Shown in pieces: positions 57,040 to 64,000 of a stretch of DNA of 64,000 bases. Source of the stretch: Bacteroidota bacterium. Its GTDB lineage: Bacteria > Bacteroidota > Ignavibacteria > Kapaibacteriales > UBA961. Below the pieces are notes generated by a model, which saw only the letters and a list, made by a program, of their open reading frames with translations, was not told the origin of the DNA and did no database searches. Within the stretch, counting starts at the first letter, position 1; every line of letters starts with the position of its first letter. The position numbers and the translations under genes are program-made. The stretch lies in assembly GCA_041191145.1 (NCBI GenBank), contig JBEEPK010000003.1:9651-73650 (forward strand). Direction: 5' to 3'.

Positions 57040-57744
57040 ATGGGAATATTCTCTCGAATAGCCGATGTGTTCAAAGCAAATGTAAATGATGCACTTGATA
57101 AAGCAGAAGATCCGGAAAAGATGCTCAAGCAAATGGTCATTGAAATGGAAGAATCTGTAAATAAAGCTACATTAGCCATAGCAAATTCCATGGCCCATGA
57201 AAAATCACTCCTACGCAAGATTGAAAAAGCCAAGAGTGATTCTGCCGAATGGTTACATAAAGCTCAACAAGCAGTAACTGCTGGCAGGGAAGATTTGGCA
57301 AGAGCAGCTTTAGAGAAGAAAGCTATTCAGGACAAGAACATAAGTGATCTAGAGCCGATTTATCTTACTGCAAAATCTACATCTAATAAATTACGTACTC
57401 AACTTGATGCGCTAAAACATAAACTTGATGAAGCAAGAGCTAGACAAGGCACTTTAATAGCCAGATCTCAAGCCGCTAAAGCACAAAAGCAAATAGCCCA
57501 AACATTCAGCGGAGTAGGTTCTGATGCTTTCTCAAAATTTGACAAATTTGAGTCAAAAATTGAAACACTAGAATCTCAAGCAGAAGCATTTGAACAATTG
57601 GCAGGTGAATCAACTTCACTCGATGATGAATTCAAGAAACTCTCTTCATCTTCTCAAGTTGAACAACAATTACTCGAGTTAAAGGCATCTATGGGCAAAT
57701 TGCCTTCTGCATCAAAAGATGCACTTCCACCACATCAAGAATAA
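57040..57744 (+). CDS. pspA: PspA/IM30 family protein
   Basis: MGIFSRIADVFKANVN..LDKAEDPEKML.Q...EM, A..A...GREDLARAAL..K, F.KF..KI...E..AEA. Confidence 0.93.
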   Translation: MGIFSRIADVFKANVNDALDKAEDPEKMLKQMVIEMEESVNKATLAIANSMAHEKSLLRKIEKAKSDSAEWLHKAQQAVTAGREDLARAALEKKAIQDKNISDLEPIYLTAKSTSNKLRTQLDALKHKLDEARARQGTLIARSQAAKAQKQIAQTFSGVGSDAFSKFDKFESKIETLESQAEAFEQLAGESTSLDDEFKKLSSSSQVEQQLLELKASMGKLPSASKDALPPHQE

Positions 57745-57755
57745 GGAATGGAATC

Positions 57756-58196
57756 ATGCATACTCCCGAAGATCTCATACAAAAGACAAGAGATAAAGTA
57801 GAAACAGTACTGAAAACTCAGTATCCCGATCATGTGTGTTTTGACAATGAATCATTTTCAATTGATGCCGGCTCTTCCAGGGTGATGATCATCATCAGAC
57901 CTTTTACTGACAATGATACTTGTATTGAATGCATGGCTACTTTGGTTACAGGAGCAAATATCAATGAGGATTTACTCAGATTTCTCATGAGAAAGAATGC
58001 TGAATTACATTTTGGTGCATTCTCTTTGATGTTTGATGATACAATTTGTTTTGCGCATTCAATAGCGGGAATCAATGCCGATGAAAATGAAATCATCACC
58101 AGCATACAATCTGTGGCTTTGATTGCAGATCACTATGTTGATGAGATTATGACTATGGCCGGCGGTGAAAGATGTAGCGAAATTTCCGGTATATAA
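57756..58196 (+). CDS. YbjN/CesT-like (T3SS chaperone fold) protein
   Basis: GS..V.I.I, L.R.L...NA.L.FGAF, I.F.HS..G, I..VA..AD..D.E. Confidence 0.7.
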   Translation: MHTPEDLIQKTRDKVETVLKTQYPDHVCFDNESFSIDAGSSRVMIIIRPFTDNDTCIECMATLVTGANINEDLLRFLMRKNAELHFGAFSLMFDDTICFAHSIAGINADENEIITSIQSVALIADHYVDEIMTMAGGERCSEISGI

Positions 58197-58205
58197 TGCA
58201 AGTTA

Positions 58206-59009
58206 TTATGGAGTATTCGGACTGGGAGCAAACATTCTAATGGAATATCTCAGTCCGATTTGTCCTCTAAAGCCGGATATGTTCAATGTTGCATCACTCA
58301 ATGTGGAAGAAAACGGAAGATCATACAAAGCTGAGGCGGTAATATGCATAGATGGGGAAATTCGTATCATTGGTTCAATTCCTATCACTCCACCAATCTG
58401 CAAAGGATTATATGTAGTAATTGCACCTGAACCCAATGTTCTTTCTTGGAATGTTTGATTGCCAACCACAAAGCCAATGGATTCCGGACTCACTATTCTT
58501 GTTTTCTGATTATACTCACCTGATGACGGAATGCCAAGTCTCAATCCTCCAATCCCACGAAGAACAAATCCATAAATTTCAAATATATTATATCGAATAT
58601 CCGCTTGAAATTCTATGAATTGCATGCTTGCATCAATAGTGTTCTCCATGATTGCTTGTGAAAAACCACTTGTGGAATTATCATCTCTTATTGGAAATGT
58701 AGAAGAAGTTGTAAGTAATCCACTTCTATCGCGGTAACCCAGACCACCGGTTAGAGAGAGAACATTAGATAAAGGAAATTCACCTTGAATACCAAAGGAG
58801 AAACCATTACCTGTTCCGGAAGTAAATTCATCACAAGAAACTGTCCCACCGAATTGTTTAAATTCAGATGAAAATGTATTACTGATGAATCCACCGGATG
58901 CTTGAACTGCATAAATTTCTGTTTGTAAGAATCTATAGGACTGTGCCTTTAATCCGGGTGTGGAAATGGTTAGTAGTATGAAGTATATGTAGTATTTGAA
59001 CATTTTCAT
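58206..59009 (-). CDS. Outer-membrane beta-barrel protein
   Basis: Signal peptide, amphipathic strands, terminal R.QIGLRY; homologous to the N-terminal part of 1792..3576; start moved to 59009. Confidence 0.72.
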   Translation of the reverse strand: MKMFKYYIYFILLTISTPGLKAQSYRFLQTEIYAVQASGGFISNTFSSEFKQFGGTVSCDEFTSGTGNGFSFGIQGEFPLSNVLSLTGGLGYRDRSGLLTTSSTFPIRDDNSTSGFSQAIMENTIDASMQFIEFQADIRYNIFEIYGFVLRGIGGLRLGIPSSGEYNQKTRIVSPESIGFVVGNQTFQERTLGSGAITTYNPLQIGGVIGIEPMIRISPSMHITASALYDLPFSSTLSDATLNISGFRGQIGLRYSIRMFAPSPNTP

Positions 59010-59111
59010 GTTTTTATAAACTTTAATGAATTCAGATTCCAAATTACACACTTTGAGTAAATTCGTTCATCCATATTTATACACATTATCGTATTACCAT
59101 ACTCTAATTTA

Positions 59112-60347
59112 TCAGGCAATAGGTGACCTAAGAGTTATAACGGTGATTTCAGGCGGAATACCCACTCTGATAGGTGGACCAACTGTACCGAGTCCACGAT
59201 TCACATATAAATACTTGTCATGCTGCATATACAATCCTGACCATTGTTCATAAACAAATTGTGCAGGACTATATGCTTCGCCTAAAAATTCAATTCCAAT
59301 TTGGCCTCCATGAGTATGTCCAGATAGCGTTAGATCTGCCAAACCCGAATCCAATATCTCCATTTTCCAATATGTTGGATCATGAGCCATTAGAATTGAT
59401 GTGGCTTCTTTTGAAACACCGTCAAATGTTTGGGTTAAATCTCCAAACTTTTGATTGAAACCTGTATTGTCAGTACCGGCAATAATCAAATCAGCATTAT
59501 TGATTTGTAGAGTTCTAGCATTATTGATCAATAAATCAATTCCTGTCGAGCGAATCATAGTACACAATTGCTTATGCTTAATTCCGGTCATATAATGATC
59601 ATGATTACCCAAAGAACCATATATGCCAATTTGAGCATGAAGTTGGCGAAGAATTGGAAGATAGATTTGTAATTCATCTGGATCGAAATTCACATAGTCA
59701 CCGGTTATGGCAATTATGTCTGCTTTTTGCTTATTGATGATATGCACTACTTCTTGTAAATAACCGGTTCCAAAGTATGAACCCGTATGAATATCTGAAA
59801 TCTGTAGAAGGCGAATGCCATCTAGATTTCTACTTAGTCCAGGAAGAACAAGTTCAATCTCTTTTGTTTCAATATCATAAATGGTATGTAATACCCCTTG
59901 AGCTGTTATAATGAAAGGCAATATAGAAGCTGAAACACCAATTGTGTGTAGTACTTTTCTTCTTTCAAGAGAAGGTGAATCATCAACCGTTACTATTGAA
60001 TTACTCTTAATTTTTTTAAAGAGTGTAATGACTAGACCGATTCCATCTTTTAACAGAAGAAAGATTGTCAATGGATATTTAGGTACATACCAAATGGCAA
60101 TCATGATTTGAAATACATGTCCGGTAGCAAGATTATTCCCTGTAGATAATCTCTCAATTGTGGTTCCGATGAGTAATAAGAACATGCATACTGCTACATA
60201 GATATATGTCTTTTTCCAGAATGGCTGAACATTTTCAAGCACATCAAGGTAATTCTTATATTTTCTATAGATATAGTAATCTATTCCACCTTGTATAATT
60301 GCAAGGATTCCTAAAAACATAATGAGTCTAGCGATATCAGGTGTCAT
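59112..60347 (-). CDS. Membrane-anchored calcineurin-like metallophosphoesterase
   Basis: Several N-terminal TM helices; SDIH, TGD.V, GNHD, AHDP, SGHTHGGQ, VNRG.G. Confidence 0.92.
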   Translation of the reverse strand: MTPDIARLIMFLGILAIIQGGIDYYIYRKYKNYLDVLENVQPFWKKTYIYVAVCMFLLLIGTTIERLSTGNNLATGHVFQIMIAIWYVPKYPLTIFLLLKDGIGLVITLFKKIKSNSIVTVDDSPSLERRKVLHTIGVSASILPFIITAQGVLHTIYDIETKEIELVLPGLSRNLDGIRLLQISDIHTGSYFGTGYLQEVVHIINKQKADIIAITGDYVNFDPDELQIYLPILRQLHAQIGIYGSLGNHDHYMTGIKHKQLCTMIRSTGIDLLINNARTLQINNADLIIAGTDNTGFNQKFGDLTQTFDGVSKEATSILMAHDPTYWKMEILDSGLADLTLSGHTHGGQIGIEFLGEAYSPAQFVYEQWSGLYMQHDKYLYVNRGLGTVGPPIRVGIPPEITVITLRSPIA

Positions 60348-60383
60348 GCTTGAAACTTGTGGTGAATCATCTACTGAACAAAT

Positions 60384-63300
60384 CTATTGATTTTCACCAT
60401 AATGCGGATAGAGGATTGTTTCTTTCCACAATGTTCCTTGAATTGTGATAGCATATGTACCAAAGATCAAATCATTAGGCAATGCTATATATCTATTTTC
60501 ACCTGAATGTAACTGAAAATGCTCCTTGAGAAGAATTCTTCCATCTATTGTTGATACAATGCAATGAAGTTGTTCATTCAATCCCGACTGAATATGAATA
60601 GTATTATTCTTCACCATGAATTGATATTGACCTTTTCTTGTGATGGGTCTAATTGTCCAAGCACAAGTTTGCTCATAGGGGACATCACATCCTCTTAGAT
60701 CTCGAGTTGTACAATCGATCTCACCATCTAGCCATTGAATGACATAGGTATTGAAAGTTCTATCATCAGGTGGGAGATAGGGCATGACAGAAAGTGAAAT
60801 CTCACCAGTTTTATTTCCGGGATTATCAAGCATGAGTTGATATTCGCCGGGAACTGTTTGTACATGAGACGCACCTGTAATACCGGAAGTAACATGCTGT
60901 TCAATCATGCTTCCCAATGGATCATAAGTAATTGCCAATTTAGCATTTGAATAAGCGGATGGTATAGATAATTTCATGGAGAATCTTTCACCAGGTTTTA
61001 CTGAACCATTTGATTGCAAAGTGAATGCAGCAATATTGGGATCAATGACTGAAATTCTCATTTCATCGGAAGATTCACAAAATCCATTATTTCCAATAAC
61101 TTTTACAATTATGTCCGATGAAATAGAATCAAAGCGAATAAGACTATCATTCAATTGAGTATAGGTACTATTGCTCGACCAAGAATAGGTATTTGCTCCA
61201 TTTGATTGTACTTCAATTGCATTGCCTCTACACATGACTGTATCCTTGGGTAAAGTGACAATTGGGACATCTTTGACATCAACATAAAATGAGTCTAGAG
61301 ATGCACATCCTGCTCTTTGTCCATTGATGATGATATATCCTGATGAATTTGGCATTATAATCAGTGAATCATTCTTGCTGGAAAGCAAAGAACAATCTCC
61401 TTTCAAAGTTATTCCTGTGGATGGAAAAACAGTAACAGTAATTGGATTATTCCTACATGTAATTGTATCAGCGGTTTTCAGGATTGGTAGCGAAGCATTG
61501 ACATTAACTAGAATGCTGTCAATAGGTGAGAAGCAACCGTCTTTACTTCCACGATATGTATAGTATGTGTTCTGCAGTGGTTTTGCCAATAATGTATTGC
61601 CATTTTTTGAAATGATGCTCGGATGATCCGACCATTCATATGTGTCTCCACCTTTCGCTGACAATGTAATTTCATTACCCAAGCAAGTTACAGTATCACC
61701 CGATACTGAAATTATTGGTATATCTTTTACAATGACCAAAACGCTGTCCTGAACAGAACATCCGCCATTTGTTCCTTCTACAAAATACATTGTTGTTTTG
61801 CCAGGACTGACTTGTATATCCGCTTGATTCGATGTAAATCCTGAAGTCTTTTCAGTCCAAAGATACGTCATGGCACCTGAAGGTTTCAGTATTGCTGTAT
61901 CTCCCGGACAAATTGAAATATTACTTCCTGCATCAACATTGGGTAAAGGTAAAACCCGAATGATCACGGAATCATATCCAATGCAATTCCCATTTTTTGC
62001 TTCAACATAATATGTAGTTGTTGTACTTGGTGAGAATGTTGGTTCAGATGAATTAATATCATCAATTCCATTTCCGGGTGACCAACGATATGTCATTGCA
62101 CCTTTCGGTTTGAGAGTAATAGGAGTTCCGGGACAAGTTGCAGTATCATCAACCAAAGAGATTTTCAATTCATCAGCTACGGTTACTTTTACGGTGTCAT
62201 ATGAAACGCAACCCGCAATAGAAGTCACAGTCAACACATACTCTATGGATGCAGTAGGCGTGCAAACAGGCATCGCTGTTTGACTATTGTCCAGATAAGT
62301 ATTGGGTGACCAAGAATATCGTGCGCCATTTTCAGGAGCAGAGCCAAGTTGCAATGGCTCTTTGGGACAAGTTGATTTATCAATACCGGCATTAGCAACA
62401 AATCCTTGTACCACATTCACTCGAATAAATGCTGTATCAATACATTGTCCACTCGATACGATGACACCATATGTTGCATTATTTTCTGGTTGAACTATTG
62501 GTGTTGATGAATTTGTATCGGATATATTCGGACCCATGAACCATCTAAACACACTTCCACCTGATGCGCGAAGCTGTATTCTATCTCCTCGACAAATAGT
62601 TGTATCAGGTGATGTCAAAGCTGTTAAATTATTTTCTGTATTGATTATTACAGTATCATATGCAATGCAACCAAACTCATTGGTTACTTTCAAAATGTAC
62701 CTAAAATTTGGACCGGGAGGACTTGCAATTGTCTTGGATAGGAACTTATTAGTAACATATTGTTCCGGTGACCACAGATAGGTATATCCACTCTTGGGAT
62801 TCAAACCGATCTCTACTGATCCACCCGGACAAGTTGTCTTATCTTTGCCAGCATCTGCAATAGGAAAGGGAACAACATCAACTCTTATTGGTACTGTATC
62901 TGTACAAATACCATTTGAAGCTATGAGATAATATTGTGTCGTTGAATCAGGGCTTGCAATTGGATTAGCAATTGTTGTTGAAGATAATCCATAGGATGGG
63001 ATCCATTTATAGGTAGTAGCTCCTGAAGCTTTCAATTGTACTTTGCCACCTTTACAAATACTACTTGGAACTTCATATTGAAGATTAACAGGAGGAAGTA
63101 AACCCACATGGATTGTTTGCTTGGTTTGACATCCAAATGGATTGGTAATGAACAATGTGTAAGTTGTGGGAGCATTTGGTTTTGCAATTGGATTTGCAAT
63201 TGCAGCATTACTCAAACCTATTGTTGGTGACCAAGCATAGGAATAGCCAGTCATTGGTGGAGCACCTATTCTAATACCTGAACTAGGACATGCCAATACT

Positions 63301-64000
63301 GAGTCAATGCTCAATCCAAGACCATATTCAATTTGAGTTGGCAAGCCCAAAACAGTTCTTCCACTTTGATTTAGAACATTTAGAGTATACCCAATTTCAT
63401 TACCAGACTTATTTGGCTTATTGATTACATCTAATTGGCTCGGCCTGTCTGCTACAACATAGATTTTGCCATCCGGTCCCAATTGCATACCGAATAATTT
63501 TCTTGTTCCTAAAGGTAGAGTCCACATGGAACCTGCAATTGATACCTCATCATTGAATGAAACATCGAATTGGAATAATGCAGATTCTGCACTCTGTTGT
63601 TTATCCAATGTTCCTGTTGTAAAGAGTTTCTTGCTATCCGGTGAAAATGCAGCCCCATAATTTCCATAACATTTGTTTTTGGCAATGAATTTGGGGTTCG
63701 TTGCTTGACCAGATTGTAGATTGAAATCAAAAAGTACTACAGCTTGCAAATAATTTGTACCATCAGCTTCGGAGAGTACTACCAATTTAGAGCCATCCGG
63801 TGAAACCTTCATAGCGCCAACTGTGTAATAGTTAAACAAATTACTATAATTGGAAAGAACTGGTGAAGAAACTCCTGATGCAGTCACTTTATAAGCTATG
63901 ATTCTGGATTGTGATTTATGATGAAAAATTGCCCAATATGAATTATCCGCACAATGTTGTGTGCCCGCCAATTTCTCTGACATATTATCTTGCAATTCTA
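60384..64000 (-). CDS. Large secreted protein: beta-propeller-like region, ten Cys-containing Ig-like repeats, degenerate T9SS-like CTD; partial (5' end beyond window)
   Basis: Frame stays open to the window edge; SPDG.KL, FSPDS.KL, QLGPDGKIY propeller-like motifs; C..G....L...G...Y.W.P......P.....Y......GC...D.V repeats. Confidence 0.85.
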   Translation of the reverse strand, partial: ELQDNMSEKLAGTQHCADNSYWAIFHHKSQSRIIAYKVTASGVSSPVLSNYSNLFNYYTVGAMKVSPDGSKLVVLSEADGTNYLQAVVLFDFNLQSGQATNPKFIAKNKCYGNYGAAFSPDSKKLFTTGTLDKQQSAESALFQFDVSFNDEVSIAGSMWTLPLGTRKLFGMQLGPDGKIYVVADRPSQLDVINKPNKSGNEIGYTLNVLNQSGRTVLGLPTQIEYGLGLSIDSVLACPSSGIRIGAPPMTGYSYAWSPTIGLSNAAIANPIAKPNAPTTYTLFITNPFGCQTKQTIHVGLLPPVNLQYEVPSSICKGGKVQLKASGATTYKWIPSYGLSSTTIANPIASPDSTTQYYLIASNGICTDTVPIRVDVVPFPIADAGKDKTTCPGGSVEIGLNPKSGYTYLWSPEQYVTNKFLSKTIASPPGPNFRYILKVTNEFGCIAYDTVIINTENNLTALTSPDTTICRGDRIQLRASGGSVFRWFMGPNISDTNSSTPIVQPENNATYGVIVSSGQCIDTAFIRVNVVQGFVANAGIDKSTCPKEPLQLGSAPENGARYSWSPNTYLDNSQTAMPVCTPTASIEYVLTVTSIAGCVSYDTVKVTVADELKISLVDDTATCPGTPITLKPKGAMTYRWSPGNGIDDINSSEPTFSPSTTTTYYVEAKNGNCIGYDSVIIRVLPLPNVDAGSNISICPGDTAILKPSGAMTYLWTEKTSGFTSNQADIQVSPGKTTMYFVEGTNGGCSVQDSVLVIVKDIPIISVSGDTVTCLGNEITLSAKGGDTYEWSDHPSIISKNGNTLLAKPLQNTYYTYRGSKDGCFSPIDSILVNVNASLPILKTADTITCRNNPITVTVFPSTGITLKGDCSLLSSKNDSLIIMPNSSGYIIINGQRAGCASLDSFYVDVKDVPIVTLPKDTVMCRGNAIEVQSNGANTYSWSSNSTYTQLNDSLIRFDSISSDIIVKVIGNNGFCESSDEMRISVIDPNIAAFTLQSNGSVKPGERFSMKLSIPSAYSNAKLAITYDPLGSMIEQHVTSGITGASHVQTVPGEYQLMLDNPGNKTGEISLSVMPYLPPDDRTFNTYVIQWLDGEIDCTTRDLRGCDVPYEQTCAWTIRPITRKGQYQFMVKNNTIHIQSGLNEQLHCIVSTIDGRILLKEHFQLHSGENRYIALPNDLIFGTYAITIQGTLWKETILYPHYGENQ
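61044..63314 (-). repeat. Ten tandem protein repeats of about 75 aa, each with two Cys
   Basis: Counted by eye in the translation, from LSIDSVLACP to DEMRISVI; diverged at the DNA level. Confidence 0.8.

Noticed and set aside
61044-63314. Repeats as a VNTR, CRISPR-like array or diversity-generating retroelement target
   Set aside because: Similarity is at the protein level only, with diverged DNA; no identical direct repeats, template repeat or reverse transcriptase seen
1-64000. rRNA, tRNA, CRISPR arrays, IS elements, prophage or defence genes
   Set aside because: CDSs tile nearly the whole window; no gap holds a cloverleaf or repeat-spacer pattern, and no transposase, integrase, phage or defence motifs were recognised

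Overview
AT-rich, very gene-dense 64 kb stretch of a bacterial chromosome. The host is most likely in the FCB/Bacteroidota-Chlorobiota radiation (Kapabacteria/Ignavibacteria-like). This is inferred from type IX secretion-like C-terminal domains, TAnnTTTG promoter boxes, few Shine-Dalgarno motifs and many lipoproteins. About 62 CDS tile the window with almost no unexplained DNA. They include housekeeping genes (prfA, secG, ppk1, nth, prmA, mfd, kdsB/C, cmk, ispD/H, nuoD, dtd, murB, tmk, rsmI, tadA, truA, mtaB, trmB, aat, recR, pspA), acyl-CoA metabolism genes, and several secreted or outer-membrane proteins. I found no rRNA, tRNA, CRISPR array or mobile element. The most notable observations are: a DUF4505/C8orf82(DUF1285)-like domain fused to a hotdog thioesterase; an aspartokinase-like protein whose GRGGSD motif reads GYESSN; an apparent 10-codon in-frame deletion in the Mfd translocase domain; an uncharacterised secreted gene pair upstream of an orphan sugar permease coupled to an acyl-CoA ligase; a probable glutaminyl cyclase with Gln-starting substrates in the same window; and a two-gene PspA/YbjN-like module. 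All family assignments are by eye, with no database searches run.
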